Made by a program: the position numbers and the translations under genes. DNA of 64,000 nt from Chloroflexota bacterium (lineage in GTDB: Bacteria; Chloroflexota; Dehalococcoidia; JACVQG01; JAHKAY01), in NCBI GenBank assembly GCA_018825785.1, contig JAHKAY010000029.1:4143-68142 (forward strand). The letters run 5' to 3'. Shown here one piece after another: positions 46,074 through 56,665 of this stretch. Position 1 is the stretch's first letter. Each line of letters starts with the position of its first letter. Under the pieces are notes generated by a model. It was given only the letters and a program-made list of their open reading frames with translations, made no database searches and was not told the DNA's origin.

Positions 46074-47480
46074 GTGGAACCGCTGCATGAAGCCTGCGGT
46101 GTCTTCGGCATCTTTGCCCCCGGGGAAGATGTAGCGCGGCTTACATATTTTGCCCTCTTTGCCCTCCAGCACCGGGGCCAGGAATCGGCGGGGGTCGCCA
46201 CCACCGACGGACAGGAGATAAGGGTGGCCACCGGGATGGGGCTGGTCTCCCAGGTCTTTAGGGAGGAGTCCCTGGCCCCCCTCAAGGGCCATATGGCTAT
46301 AGGCCACACCCGTTATTCCACCATGGGCTCCTGCCGCCCCGATAATGCCCAGCCCCTCCTGGTAGAGGGGCCTCTGGGCCCCCTGGCCCTGGGGCACAAC
46401 GGCAATCTGGTCAATGCGGAATACCTGCGCCGGGAGCTGGAGGCGGCGGGCCGCACCTTTCGCACCTCCACCGATTCCGAGGTCATCGCCCATCTTGTCC
46501 AGTCGGCCCCGGACGGGAACTGGCCCGAGAAGGTCCGCTATGCCATGCGGCGGCTGGAGGGGGCCTATTCCCTGGTCCTCCTCACCCGGGACTGTCTGAT
46601 GGCGGCAAGGGACCCGATGGGGGTGAGGCCCCTCTGCCTGGGGAGGGTGAACGGGGGCTGGGCGGTGGCCTCCGAGTCCTGCGCCCTGGACCATATCGGG
46701 GGCCGTTTCGTCCGGGAGGTGGAGCCGGGAGAAATCGTACTCATCCGTGGGGGGGAATTGGAGAGCTATAGGGAGCCCTCCCCTCGCCGTGCCCTGTGCA
46801 TCTTTGAATTTATCTACTTCGCCCGCCCCGACAGCCTCATCCAGGGGCGGCTTTTGCATCTGGCCCGCCAGCGGATGGGGGTGGGGCTGGCCCGGGAGCA
46901 CCCCGTGGAGGCGGACCTGGTGATGGGGGTGCCTGACTCATCGATTGCCGCAGCCATCGGCTATGCCCGGGAGTCGGGGATACCCTTCACCGAAGGCCTC
47001 CTCAAAAACCGCTATGTAGGCCGCACTTTCATTGAGCCCGACCAGCGGCTGAGGGAGTTGGGGGTGAAGCTGAAGTTCAACCCCCTCCCCGAGGTCCTGG
47101 AGGGAAAGCGGCTGGTGGTGGTGGACGACAGCATTGTCCGGGGGACCACCACCCCCCGGGTGGTGGCTTTGCTCCGGCGGGCGGGGGTAAAGGAGGTGCA
47201 TCTGCGCATCTGCGCTCCACCCATCCGCTACCCCTGTTTCTTCGGCGTGGACATGGCCCGCCGCTTTGAGCTCATCGCCGCCCAGAAGACCATCCCCCAG
47301 ATATGCCAGCAGTTAGGGGCGGACTCCCTGGGATACCTCTCCATTGAGGGACTCCTCCGGGCGGTGGACCTGCCCCGGGAGATGTTCTGCCTGGCCTGTT
47401 TCACCGGGGAATATCCTATCCCGGTCCAGATGGAGATGGACAAGCTGGCCCTGGAGACTCTGGAGACAGGAAGGCGTTGA
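46074..47480 (+). CDS. purF: amidophosphoribosyltransferase
   Basis: Propeptide MEPLHEA followed by CGVFGIF (N-terminal nucleophile Cys), a PRTase domain and a C-terminal Fe-S Cys. GTG start immediately after a TATAAT box. Confidence 0.93.
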   Translation: MEPLHEACGVFGIFAPGEDVARLTYFALFALQHRGQESAGVATTDGQEIRVATGMGLVSQVFREESLAPLKGHMAIGHTRYSTMGSCRPDNAQPLLVEGPLGPLALGHNGNLVNAEYLRRELEAAGRTFRTSTDSEVIAHLVQSAPDGNWPEKVRYAMRRLEGAYSLVLLTRDCLMAARDPMGVRPLCLGRVNGGWAVASESCALDHIGGRFVREVEPGEIVLIRGGELESYREPSPRRALCIFEFIYFARPDSLIQGRLLHLARQRMGVGLAREHPVEADLVMGVPDSSIAAAIGYARESGIPFTEGLLKNRYVGRTFIEPDQRLRELGVKLKFNPLPEVLEGKRLVVVDDSIVRGTTTPRVVALLRRAGVKEVHLRICAPPIRYPCFFGVDMARRFELIAAQKTIPQICQQLGADSLGYLSIEGLLRAVDLPREMFCLACFTGEYPIPVQMEMDKLALETLETGRR

Positions 47481-48481
47481 GCGAGAGTTACGCCTCGGCC
47501 GGGGTGGACATCCCGGCGGCCGGCAGGCTCAAGAAGTTCATGGCCCGGCTGGCCCCCACTACCTTTGGCCCCCAGGTGCTTGCTGGGCCAGGCCCTTTCG
47601 CCGGACTCTTTGCCCTCCGCGGCTTCAGGGAACCGGTCCTGGTGGCCAGCTGTGACGGGGTGGGGACCAAGGTGAAGGTAGCTTCCCTTCTGGACCGCTA
47701 CGATACCCTGGGCTACGACCTGGTCCACCACTCGGTGAACGATATCCTCACCCTGGGGGCGGAGCCCCTCTTTCTCCTGGACTACATCGCCATGGGGAAG
47801 CTGGAGCCGGCCAGGATTGAGAGGCTCTTCCAGGGCCTAGTGGCGGCCTGCAAAGGGGTGGGGGTGGCCCTCCTGGGCGGGGAGACCGCGGAGATGCCGG
47901 GGGTCTATCAGGAGGGGGAGATGGACCTGGTGGGCTTTATCCTGGGGGTGGTGGAAAGGGACAGGGTTATCTCCGGCCGGGATATCCGGGCCGGAGACTG
48001 GCTCCTGGGCCTGGCCTCCTCGGGCCTCCATACCAACGGCTACTCTCTGGCCCGGAAGGTCTTCCGGCTGGAGGAGGAGCCAGCGGTGCTGAGAAAGGCC
48101 TTTCCCCCGCTGGAGCGGACCCTGGGGGAGGCCCTCCTGGAGCCCCACCGCTGCTATTATGACAGCCTGAAATCTTTGCTCCCCCGCGTGAAGGCCCTGG
48201 CCCACATTACGGGGGGTGGTTTTGAGGGAAACATCCCCCGGGTATTGCCTCGGGGGCTGGGGGCCAGGATAATAGGGGGGAGCTGGGAGGTGCCGGCCAT
48301 CTTCGGCCTTATCCAGAGACAGGGCGCGGTGCCGGAGGCGGAGATGTACCGGGTCTTCAATATGGGGGTGGGGATGGTGGTGGTGGCCTCCCCGGAGGAA
48401 GGTCCCTCTCTCCTCCAGTCCATCCCCGGGGCCAGGCACATTGGGGAGATTATTGCCGGGAAGGGAGTTGAGATAGTTTGA
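47477..48481 (+). CDS. purM: phosphoribosylformylglycinamidine cyclo-ligase
   Basis: AIR synthetase motifs (VASCDGVGTK, DYIAMGKLE). ATGA overlap with purF. Confidence 0.95.
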   Translation: MSESYASAGVDIPAAGRLKKFMARLAPTTFGPQVLAGPGPFAGLFALRGFREPVLVASCDGVGTKVKVASLLDRYDTLGYDLVHHSVNDILTLGAEPLFLLDYIAMGKLEPARIERLFQGLVAACKGVGVALLGGETAEMPGVYQEGEMDLVGFILGVVERDRVISGRDIRAGDWLLGLASSGLHTNGYSLARKVFRLEEEPAVLRKAFPPLERTLGEALLEPHRCYYDSLKSLLPRVKALAHITGGGFEGNIPRVLPRGLGARIIGGSWEVPAIFGLIQRQGAVPEAEMYRVFNMGVGMVVVASPEEGPSLLQSIPGARHIGEIIAGKGVEIV

Positions 48482-49995
48482 GAGCCATTGTCTCGGTCCA
48501 CAACAAGGAAGGCGTCGGCCCCTTCGCTCAGGCCCTTCAGGGGCTGGGCTGGGAGGTCTTCAGCACGGGGGGGACGAAGAAGGCCCTGGAGGAGGCCGGG
48601 GTGAAGGTGAAGTCCATCTCAGACATCACCGGCTTCCCTGAGATCCTGGACGGGCGGGTGAAGACATTACACCCTAATGTTCACGGGGGCATCCTGGCCC
48701 GCCGTGACCTTTCCCGCCACCGGGAAGAACTCAAGAAGCAGGCCATTGAGCCCATTGACCTGGTGGCGGTCAACCTCTACCCCTTCCGGGAGACCGTGGC
48801 CCGGGGGGCAGGGCTTGAGGAGGCCCTGGAGAACATTGACATCGGGGGCCCCACCATGCTCCGGGCGGCGGCCAAGAACTTCCCCCATGTCCTGGTGGTG
48901 GTGGACCCGCGGGACTACGAGGAGGTCCTGGGGCTGTTGAGGCAGGGGGAGGTCCCCCTGGAAGTAAGGCGGCGCCTGGCCCAGAAGGCGTTTCAGCACG
49001 TGGCCGCCTATGATGCCGCCATCGCCGGCTATCTCAGGGTGGAGGGGGGCTTTCCCCAGGAGCTGGTCCTCTCCTTCCGTAAGCTTGCCGACCTGCGCTA
49101 CGGGGAGAACCCCCACCAGAGGGCGGCCTTCTACGCAGATGAGAGGCCCCTTCCCCCATCCCTGGCCCTGGCCAGAAAGCTGGGGGGAAAGGAGCTTTCC
49201 TATAACAACATCCTGGACCTGGACTCGGCCCTGGCGGTGGTGAGGGAGTTTGCCGAGCCGGCCTGCGCAGTTATCAAGCATAATAACCCCTGCGGGCTGG
49301 CTGTCCACCCGGACCTGGCCGAGGCCTACAGGAGGGCCCTGGCCGGGGACCCGGTGGCAGCCTTCGGGGGGGTCGTGGCCCTGAACCGCCCCCTGGACCT
49401 GGCCACTGCCCAGGAGATGGACAAGACCCACTATGACGGCGTCCTGGCCCCGGACCTCGACCCCCAGGCCCTCGCCCTGCTGGGGCGGAAGAAGGACCTC
49501 ATCATCCTGGCGGTGGGACCCATTTCCCCGGACGGCGCGGGCTGGGAGCTGAAGAAGGTGTCGGGGGGCCTTCTCGTCCAGGGCCAGGACGGTTTCCTGC
49601 CGGAGGAGTTCCGGCCCCGGACGGTGAGCCGCCGCCCCCCAACCCCCCAGGAAATGGAGGACCTCTTCTTTGCCTGGAGGGCCGTAAAGCATATCAAGTC
49701 AAATGCCATCGTCCTGGCCCGGGGCCGGGCCCTGGTGGGAATGGGGGCGGGCCAACCCAGCCGGGTGGTGAGCGTGAAGATAGCCCTGGAAAAGGCGGGG
49801 GAGAGGGCCAGGGGGAGCGTCCTGGGCTCCGACGCCTTTTTCCCCTTCCCCGATGGGGTGGAGCTGGCGGGGAAGGCGGGGGTGACCGCCGTCATGCAGC
49901 CGGGGGGGTCCGTCAGGGATACAGAAGCCATAGAGATGGCCGATGCCTACAATATGGCAATGGTCTTCACCGGCGTCCGCCACTTCCGCCACTGA
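48478..49995 (+). CDS. purH: bifunctional AICAR transformylase / IMP cyclohydrolase
   Basis: N-terminal MGS-like domain (ALVSVHNKEG-type) and a C-terminal AICARFT domain. ATGA overlap with purM. Confidence 0.95.
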   Translation: MRAIVSVHNKEGVGPFAQALQGLGWEVFSTGGTKKALEEAGVKVKSISDITGFPEILDGRVKTLHPNVHGGILARRDLSRHREELKKQAIEPIDLVAVNLYPFRETVARGAGLEEALENIDIGGPTMLRAAAKNFPHVLVVVDPRDYEEVLGLLRQGEVPLEVRRRLAQKAFQHVAAYDAAIAGYLRVEGGFPQELVLSFRKLADLRYGENPHQRAAFYADERPLPPSLALARKLGGKELSYNNILDLDSALAVVREFAEPACAVIKHNNPCGLAVHPDLAEAYRRALAGDPVAAFGGVVALNRPLDLATAQEMDKTHYDGVLAPDLDPQALALLGRKKDLIILAVGPISPDGAGWELKKVSGGLLVQGQDGFLPEEFRPRTVSRRPPTPQEMEDLFFAWRAVKHIKSNAIVLARGRALVGMGAGQPSRVVSVKIALEKAGERARGSVLGSDAFFPFPDGVELAGKAGVTAVMQPGGSVRDTEAIEMADAYNMAMVFTGVRHFRH

Positions 49996-50004
49996 AGGCG
50001 GGGG

Positions 50005-51114
50005 GTGGTCCAGGTGAAAGTCCAGCCCCGCATCACCGATGTGGACCTGGTCCTCACCTGCTCCCCCGGGGAGGAGCAGGAGGTCTTCAGCCGTATCTTT
50101 CGGATAAGCAAGGCCACCGGCTGCCTGGACCATCCCAAGGAGATGCACCCCTGGCTGGAGAAACAGTTCGGCTCCCTGGAGGCCATCACCTGCCAGGAGA
50201 TAGTGAAGATAGCCAACCTAGTCACCTTTGAAGCGACCCTCTTCAACCGCCTCAGGGCCTCCCGCCCCATCGACCTCAAGACGCGGATGAATGTGGAGAG
50301 CCTAATCATAGATACGGGCAAGGATGACCCCTTGGACAACCCTACGAAGCACACGCCGGAGGACCTCTTCGGAAGGGTTAAGGGGAAATTCTCCATCACC
50401 GCCAGCAATGTGGCCAAATACGATGCCCTCCATGCCATCGTCATTTTCAATAACCACAACCCCCTGGCCTTCACCCGGGAGGCCCTCCGTGATTACATTG
50501 ATACCGCCTGGGCCTGGGCCCAGAAGGCCCACCGGTATGACCCTCAGGCCAGGTATTTCTTCTTCATGTGGAACTGCCTGTGGAAGGCCGGGGCCACCCT
50601 GGCCCATGGCCATGCCCAGGTGATGCTGGGCCGGGACTGCCACTACGGGAAGATTGAGGGCCTGAGGCGGGCCGCCCTGGCCTATAAGGCCCAGTACGGC
50701 TCCAGCTACTTTGATGACCTCTACCGGGCCCACTGCGCCGTGGGCTGTGGCATAGAAAGGGGCGGGGTGAGGGTCTTCTCCTACCTCGCCCCCATCAAGG
50801 ACAAGGAGGTGATGCTCCTGGGGGCAGACCTGGGCCCCGCCTTCAAGGATGCCCTCTACGATGTCCTGGCCTGCCTGCGGGACAGGATGAATGTCACCGC
50901 CTTCAACCTGGGGGTGGCCACCCCGCCCCTGGAGAAGGAGGGGGGGTGGGAGGACTTCCCCGTCCTGGCCCGGGTGGTGGACCGGGGGGACCCCCGCACC
51001 ACCACCTCCGATATCGGCGCCATGGAACTATATGCCTCCAGCGTCGTCTCCTCCGACCCCCTGGAGGTGGCCCGCCTGCTGCGGGAACATCTCTCCCCCG
51101 GGAAGGAGTCCTAG
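50005..51114 (+). CDS. GalT-like HIT-superfamily nucleotidyltransferase family protein (HxHxQ motif), function unknown
   Basis: 369 aa with AHGHAQVM (H-x-H-x-Q), as in branch-III HIT/GalT enzymes. No other family motif was recognised. Confidence 0.4.
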   Translation: MVQVKVQPRITDVDLVLTCSPGEEQEVFSRIFRISKATGCLDHPKEMHPWLEKQFGSLEAITCQEIVKIANLVTFEATLFNRLRASRPIDLKTRMNVESLIIDTGKDDPLDNPTKHTPEDLFGRVKGKFSITASNVAKYDALHAIVIFNNHNPLAFTREALRDYIDTAWAWAQKAHRYDPQARYFFFMWNCLWKAGATLAHGHAQVMLGRDCHYGKIEGLRRAALAYKAQYGSSYFDDLYRAHCAVGCGIERGGVRVFSYLAPIKDKEVMLLGADLGPAFKDALYDVLACLRDRMNVTAFNLGVATPPLEKEGGWEDFPVLARVVDRGDPRTTTSDIGAMELYASSVVSSDPLEVARLLREHLSPGKES

Positions 51115-51116
51115 CC

Positions 51117-51638
51117 GTGCCCAATGTGGTCATAGTGGTGGATATGCTGCGGGGCTTCATAGAGGAGGGCTATCCCCTCTGCTGCGGGAAGGATGCCCGG
51201 CGGGTCATCCCCTGCATCCAGCGCCTCCTGGAAAGGGAGCTGAAGCAGGGCTCCAGGGTCATTTTCCTGGCCGACAACCACGACCCCCATGACCTGGAGT
51301 TCAAGATGTTCCCCCGGCACTGCGTGGCCGGGACAGAGGAGGCGGAGATAATCACGGAGCTGGCCCGCTACCCGGGGGAGGTGATGCCCAAGAAGCGCTT
51401 TTCCGGCTTCTACGGCACCCCCCTGGAACAGAGGCTCAAGGAGCTGAAGCCGGAGAAAATCATTGTGGTCGGTGTCTGCACTGATATCTGTGTGATGCAC
51501 ACGGTGGCCGATGCCCGCAACCGGGACTACCCGGTGGAGGTCCCGGTGGACTGCGTGGCCAGCTTTGATGAGGAAAACCACCGCTTTGCCCTGGACCACA
51601 TGGAGAAGGTCCTGGGGGCAAATCTGACAAGGGGGTGA
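51117..51638 (+). CDS. pncA: isochorismatase-family hydrolase (nicotinamidase-like)
   Basis: VVIVVDMLRGF ... catalytic Cys in VVGVCTDICVMHT. GTG start at 51117 right after the upstream stop. The ORF is open to 50946 (rejected). Confidence 0.72.
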   Translation: MPNVVIVVDMLRGFIEEGYPLCCGKDARRVIPCIQRLLERELKQGSRVIFLADNHDPHDLEFKMFPRHCVAGTEEAEIITELARYPGEVMPKKRFSGFYGTPLEQRLKELKPEKIIVVGVCTDICVMHTVADARNRDYPVEVPVDCVASFDEENHRFALDHMEKVLGANLTRG

Positions 51639-52630
51639 GCATGCCTGAGTTTGAAATCCACCCCAGCGTCCTTTCCGGCGAGACGGCGGATATCTATTTT
51701 GTCCGCACCCTGGAGGTGCTGAAGAAGGCGGGCCTGAACCCGGTGGCCACCATGGAGGTCTTCCCATCCCGGGGGGGCACGCTCTGCGGCATGGATGAGG
51801 TGAAGGCCCTGCTCCAGAAGGTCCTCCCCCCCAAGGCGGAGGTGTGGGGGCTGGGGGAGGGGGAGAGGATGGAAAGAAAAGAGGTGGTCCTGCGCATCAA
51901 GGCCCCCTACCAGAGCTACGCCGTCTATGAGACGGCCTATCTGGGCATCCTGGCCCACTGCTCCGCCTGGGCCACCGCTGCCCGGGAGGTGGTGGAGGCA
52001 GCCCAGGGCATCCCGGTCATCGGCTTTGGTGCCCGCCATGTCCACCCCCTGGTGGCCGGGCAGCTGGACTACGCCTCCCAGGTGGGGGGCTGTGCCGGTG
52101 GCTCCTCGGTCCTAGGGGGCAAGCTCATGGGCCGGCCAGCTATGGGCACCATGCCCCATGCCCTCATCATCTGCTTCGGCGATACGGTGGAGGCCACCCT
52201 GGCCTTTGACCGGTATATGCCCCCCGAGGTGCCCCGCATCTCCCTGGTTGACACCTTCAAGGATGAGCCCGAGGAGAGCCTGAGGGTGGCCCAGGCCCTG
52301 GGCAAGCGCCTTCAGGGGGTGAGGCTGGATACCCCCACGGAGAGGGGGCGGGTGACCCCGGACCTGGTGAAGGAGACCCGGGCCCGCCTGGACCAGGCGG
52401 GCTTCCCCCAAGTGGGGATAGTGGTGAGCGGGGGCCTGGACCCCGAGCGCATCCGCCAGTTCATCGCCCAGGGGGCCCCGGTAACCGCCTTCGGGGTGGG
52501 GAGCCATATCTCTTCGGCCCCCCCCATTGACTTCACCGCCGACCTCCACGAGGTGGATGGCCGGCCCATCGCCAAGAGGGGGCGCATCCCCGGCATCACC
52601 CCCAACCCCAGGCTGAAAAGGATTATCTAG
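51635..52630 (+). CDS. pncB: nicotinate phosphoribosyltransferase (NAPRTase family)
   Basis: 331 aa with the NAPRTase family pattern (FGARHVHPLVAG ... GGLDPERI). ATGA overlap with pncA. Confidence 0.78.
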   Translation: MSMPEFEIHPSVLSGETADIYFVRTLEVLKKAGLNPVATMEVFPSRGGTLCGMDEVKALLQKVLPPKAEVWGLGEGERMERKEVVLRIKAPYQSYAVYETAYLGILAHCSAWATAAREVVEAAQGIPVIGFGARHVHPLVAGQLDYASQVGGCAGGSSVLGGKLMGRPAMGTMPHALIICFGDTVEATLAFDRYMPPEVPRISLVDTFKDEPEESLRVAQALGKRLQGVRLDTPTERGRVTPDLVKETRARLDQAGFPQVGIVVSGGLDPERIRQFIAQGAPVTAFGVGSHISSAPPIDFTADLHEVDGRPIAKRGRIPGITPNPRLKRII

Positions 52631-52692
52631 GCGAAACTCATTTCAGGAAATGTCTGAGAACTATTTGGTTCGTTGCATATTGTGGTAGAGGA

Positions 52693-53595
52693 ATGGAAAG
52701 TCTGAAGCTAGGCATCCTGGAGGACCGCGAGGACCCGTTTATTCGGGACCTGATAGCCCATATGGGGGTGGAGGCGGAGTTCCTCAGCTTTGGGGAGGAG
52801 GTGGTGGTCCCCTCTCCCCCCTACCGGGTGGTCATAGACCGGGCCAGCTACAGCAATCCCTACCTGAAGGAGATGATGAAGGGGTTGGCCCTGGATGGCT
52901 GCTATGTCATCAACAACCCCTTCACCGCCTCGGCCACCAACAAGCTGATGGACATCCGCCTTTCGGCCCATCTGGGAATCCCCGTCCCCCGCACCCTGGT
53001 CCTGCCCGACCTGAAGGTGAAGGAGCAATTCCCGGCGATGGTCCGGGAGCCTGTCTGGGAGAGGGTCGCCCGGGAGGTGGGCTTCCCCTGCGTCCTCAAG
53101 CCCTTTGACGGCTACGGATGGACAGATGTCTTCGTGGTCAACAGCCCGGAAGAGATGAGGGACCTCTATGGTTCCCAGAACCACATCTTCATTGCCCAGC
53201 AGCTCATCTCCTATAGTGTCTATTACCGGGTCTTCTGCATTGACCAGAAGGAGGTGCTTTTCATGCAGTGGGTCCCCCGGCCCCTTGGGGCAGGCGAATA
53301 CCTCCTCACCGACCCCACGCCCATAGAGGGCCTCAGGGACAAGCTGACTCTCCTGACCACGGAGCTGAACCGGGCCCTGGACCTGGATATCAATGTGCTG
53401 GAATGGTGCCTGGACAGGGAGGGCCAGCCCTGGCTTATTGACGCTTTCAACGAGGTGCCGGAGATAAAGAGGGAAAATCTCCCCGAAGAATATTACCGCT
53501 GGATTCTGGAGAAACTGGCCGCCTGCGTCCAAGACAAGCTCCAGCACCCGGAGAAGAGGAACCGGGCCGCCCTCGGGCTACCCCTGAACCCCTGA
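52693..53595 (+). CDS. ATP-grasp domain protein (RimK/glutathione-synthetase-like)
   Basis: 300 aa with the ATP-grasp central region (FPCVLKPFDGYGWTDVFVV) and a C-terminal Mg site (EWCLDREGQPWLIDAFNE). Confidence 0.5.
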   Translation: MESLKLGILEDREDPFIRDLIAHMGVEAEFLSFGEEVVVPSPPYRVVIDRASYSNPYLKEMMKGLALDGCYVINNPFTASATNKLMDIRLSAHLGIPVPRTLVLPDLKVKEQFPAMVREPVWERVAREVGFPCVLKPFDGYGWTDVFVVNSPEEMRDLYGSQNHIFIAQQLISYSVYYRVFCIDQKEVLFMQWVPRPLGAGEYLLTDPTPIEGLRDKLTLLTTELNRALDLDINVLEWCLDREGQPWLIDAFNEVPEIKRENLPEEYYRWILEKLAACVQDKLQHPEKRNRAALGLPLNP

Positions 53596-53607
53596 GACTC
53601 CGGGGAG

Positions 53608-54174
53608 CTAGCCTTTTAGCTCCTTCTCCAGCTCCTCTATAAGATGGGTATATTCGTGGTGCTTGTCCTCCCCCAGGCGCTTTTCCACCCCTTCATAGGC
53701 CTCCAGGAGCCCCTTCTTGACCCCTTCCGGGAGGATGTTCTCCCCCATGGGGTAGAGAATGTTGTCCTCCTTGGGGATGTGGCTGGCGAGGAGAGCAGCA
53801 TAGCCCCGAGCGTTCTTGGCCAGTTCACCAGCCGCCACCCAGTCTCCCTTTCCCCAAGCATCCAGGGCCTTGGTCATGCGCCGGACATACTCCCTCCCTT
53901 GCTCATGCTCAGAGAGCATCACCGCTACAGGCCCCGCGTGGCGCGGGAGGCCGTGGGCCTCCAGGGCGTGGAAGAGGCAGTCCTCCTCCTTGCCGTGGTG
54001 GCAGCGGTCGGCGAAGTTGCGGATGAAGTCCAGGGCCCGGGCAAAGAGGGCAGGGGAGACCTCCTCACTCCTCTCCAACTTCCCTGCGGCCGATTCCAGC
54101 ACCCGCAACAGGCGTTCAATAAGCCGGTGCTCCTCCATGAGAGTACTGGTAACCTCAATTTTTGTCATTTCCAT
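53608..54174 (-). CDS. hemerythrin-like (HHE) domain protein
   Basis: Spaced H/E ligands (EEHRLIERLL, HHGKEEDCLFHALE, SEHEQGRE, HIPKEDNILYP). Confidence 0.6.
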   Translation of the reverse strand: MEMTKIEVTSTLMEEHRLIERLLRVLESAAGKLERSEEVSPALFARALDFIRNFADRCHHGKEEDCLFHALEAHGLPRHAGPVAVMLSEHEQGREYVRRMTKALDAWGKGDWVAAGELAKNARGYAALLASHIPKEDNILYPMGENILPEGVKKGLLEAYEGVEKRLGEDKHHEYTHLIEELEKELKG

Positions 54175-54258
54175 CGTCTTGCACCTCCACGGGCAATTTT
54201 AGGTCCGAGGGGGGGCCTTTTCTGCGACCAAGGTCACAGAGGCGGGCCTTTTCGGGGG

Positions 54259-55632
54259 CTAGTCCAGGCGAAACCTGAGGTGGAGGACCTGGCGGGTGGT
54301 GGGGGTGAGCCGTGCCCTCTGGTCCACTCGGTAGCCCATCACCCAGAGGATGTGGCCGTGGGAGACCACCAGGGGCACCCGCTCCCGCCAGGCCCGTGGC
54401 ACCTTCTCGTCCACGAAGAAGTCCTGCAGGCTCTTTTCCATATCCATCCCCAGGGGCATAAACCGGTCCCCCGGCTCTCTTGCCCGGACTATTAGCTTTT
54501 GCCCGGCGACAGCGGCGTCCAGGAAGGCGCTGAAGGGCTCCTCCCCCGGGACAGGGGGTGCGGGGAGGAGCTCGGCCTCTACCCGCCAGCGGGAGATGCG
54601 GGTTGTCCCGGGGATAGCCAGGGGGTGCTCCCCCTCCAGGGGGGGAAGAGGGCAGGGGGCGGGGCCGGGGCCCAACCTCGCCTCCCCGTAGCCCACGGAA
54701 AAGGTGAGGCCCCGGGGCAGGTGGAGGACCTTCCCTGGCCGGGGGAGGGTGGAGAGCATCCCTTCCAGATGGACGGCCTGGGCCCCCTGGCCCAGGAGCG
54801 CCTCCAGGGCCCGCAGCAGCACCCGGTGCTGGAGGGCGGGGGGAAGGCCCCGGAAGGCCTCCAGGTCCAGATAGAAGCCGTCCCTCTCCCGCACCGCCCG
54901 CGCCCAGGCCCTGGAGGTCTCCTCCTCCAGATAGGCCAGGTCCAGGGCCACGGCCCGGGAGAGGCGGAGGAGGGTCTGGCGAAAACTGGGATTGAAGCCC
55001 TCAAAGACCGGGAGGAGCCCCCTCAGCCGGCTGCGGGAAAGCTCCGGGGAGATGTTGGAGGGGTCGGCCACGGGTTTCAGGCCTAAAGAGACGCAGTAGG
55101 CCTCCGTCTCCTTGCGGGGGACATCCAGGAGGGGTCTGACCACCTTGAGCCCCTTCCAGGAACTGGTGGGGACCATGCCCCGCAGGCCCCGCAGGCCCGC
55201 CCCCCGCAGGATATGGAGCAGGACCGTTTCCACCTGGTCGTCGGAGGTATGCCCCACCGCCACCGCCCCTGCCCCCGCCCTCCGGGCGGTGCGGAGGAAG
55301 AAATCGTATCGGACCTCCCGGGCGGCCTCCTCCAGGGAGAGGCGTTTTCTTTGCCGGTAGGCCCGCACATCCCGACGGCCCACGGTGAGGGGGATGTCCA
55401 GGCCCCGGCAGTGCTCTTCCACCAGGCAGGCCTCCTGGCGGCCCTGGGGGCGAAGGCCGTGGTCCAGATGGGCGGCATGGAGGCGGAGGCCCAGCTCTTC
55501 TCTCAGCCCGGCCAGAAGATAGAGAAGGCAGAGGGAATCGGGCCCACCGGAGACCCCCACCAGGACCTGCTCCCCCGGGGAGAAGAGGCCGTGCCTTTTT
55601 GTAAAGGCCAGGACCCTGTCTTGCAGGTCCAT
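54259..55632 (-). CDS. tilS: tRNA(Ile)-lysidine synthetase
   Basis: N-terminal PP-loop (VLVGVSGGPDSLCLL) and a C-terminal TilS domain. Confidence 0.9.
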   Translation of the reverse strand: MDLQDRVLAFTKRHGLFSPGEQVLVGVSGGPDSLCLLYLLAGLREELGLRLHAAHLDHGLRPQGRQEACLVEEHCRGLDIPLTVGRRDVRAYRQRKRLSLEEAAREVRYDFFLRTARRAGAGAVAVGHTSDDQVETVLLHILRGAGLRGLRGMVPTSSWKGLKVVRPLLDVPRKETEAYCVSLGLKPVADPSNISPELSRSRLRGLLPVFEGFNPSFRQTLLRLSRAVALDLAYLEEETSRAWARAVRERDGFYLDLEAFRGLPPALQHRVLLRALEALLGQGAQAVHLEGMLSTLPRPGKVLHLPRGLTFSVGYGEARLGPGPAPCPLPPLEGEHPLAIPGTTRISRWRVEAELLPAPPVPGEEPFSAFLDAAVAGQKLIVRAREPGDRFMPLGMDMEKSLQDFFVDEKVPRAWRERVPLVVSHGHILWVMGYRVDQRARLTPTTRQVLHLRFRLD

Positions 55633-55634
55633 AG

Positions 55635-56615
55635 CTACCCCCAGGGGAGGGAGGGGGCGATATCCAGGTCCCTGGGGGCCCGTTCCCCGCGGCCCAGCCG
55701 GAAGTAGCCGCAGGCGGCCACCATGGCGGCATTATCGGTGCAGAGACTGAGCGGGGGGATGAGGACGGGGAGGGGGGAGCGGGCCAGGAAGATCTCTCGC
55801 AGGAGAGTGTTGGCCGCCACCCCCCCTGCTACCAGGACCGCTTTCACCGGCAGGGAGCGGGCGGTTTCCAGGGTCTTCACCACCAGCATGTCCACCACCG
55901 CCTGCTGGAAGCTGGCGGCCAGGTCGGGGACGGGGAGGGGGCCGTCCATCCCCTCCAACATTCGCCTTAAGGCAGCTTTGAGGCCGGAGAAGCTGAAGTC
56001 ATAGCTCCCCTTAATCCAGGCCCGGGGAAGAGGGAAACGGGCCTCCCCTTGCCGGGCCGCCTTTTCTATGGCCGGGCCTCCCGGGTAGCCCAGGCCCAGG
56101 AGCCTGGCCGCCTTGTCCAGGGCCTCTCCGGCGGCATCGTCCCGGGTCCTGCCCAGGGGCTGGATGTCTCCATGGTCCCTCATCAGGACCAGCTCGGTAT
56201 GGCCCCCGGAGACCAGGAGGGCCAGGGCAGGGAGGGGTGGTGGGTTCCCGGCAAGCCAGAGGGAGTAGAGATGGGCCTCCAGGTGGTTCACCCCCACCAG
56301 GGGGAGCTTTCTGGCCAGGGCCAGGGCCTTGGCCAGGCTCATCCCCACCAGAAGGGAGCCGGGCAGGCCCGGCCCGCTGGTGACGGCGATGGCCTCCACC
56401 CCCTCAAGCCCCACCCCCGCCTCCCCCAGTGCCCTCTCCAGCACGGGCAGGATGGTGAGGATATGCTGGCGGGAGGCCACCTCGGGGACAATGCCGCCAT
56501 AGCGGGCGTGGAGATCTACCTGGGAGGCCACGATGCTGGAAAGGATATGCTTTCCGCCTTCCACCGCCGCCGCCGCCGTTTCATCGCAGGAGGTCTCTAT
56601 ACCTAAGACCTTCAC
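55635..56615 (-). CDS. tsaD: tRNA N6-adenosine threonylcarbamoyltransferase
   Basis: [18 protein letters not shown] and the conserved His and Asp metal sites of the Kae1/TsaD family. Confidence 0.95.
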   Translation of the reverse strand: MKVLGIETSCDETAAAAVEGGKHILSSIVASQVDLHARYGGIVPEVASRQHILTILPVLERALGEAGVGLEGVEAIAVTSGPGLPGSLLVGMSLAKALALARKLPLVGVNHLEAHLYSLWLAGNPPPLPALALLVSGGHTELVLMRDHGDIQPLGRTRDDAAGEALDKAARLLGLGYPGGPAIEKAARQGEARFPLPRAWIKGSYDFSFSGLKAALRRMLEGMDGPLPVPDLAASFQQAVVDMLVVKTLETARSLPVKAVLVAGGVAANTLLREIFLARSPLPVLIPPLSLCTDNAAMVAACGYFRLGRGERAPRDLDIAPSLPWG

Positions 56616-56665
56616 AATGTCATTCTATCACCTTCCTTTGACAGTGGGAAACGGCCAATGCTATT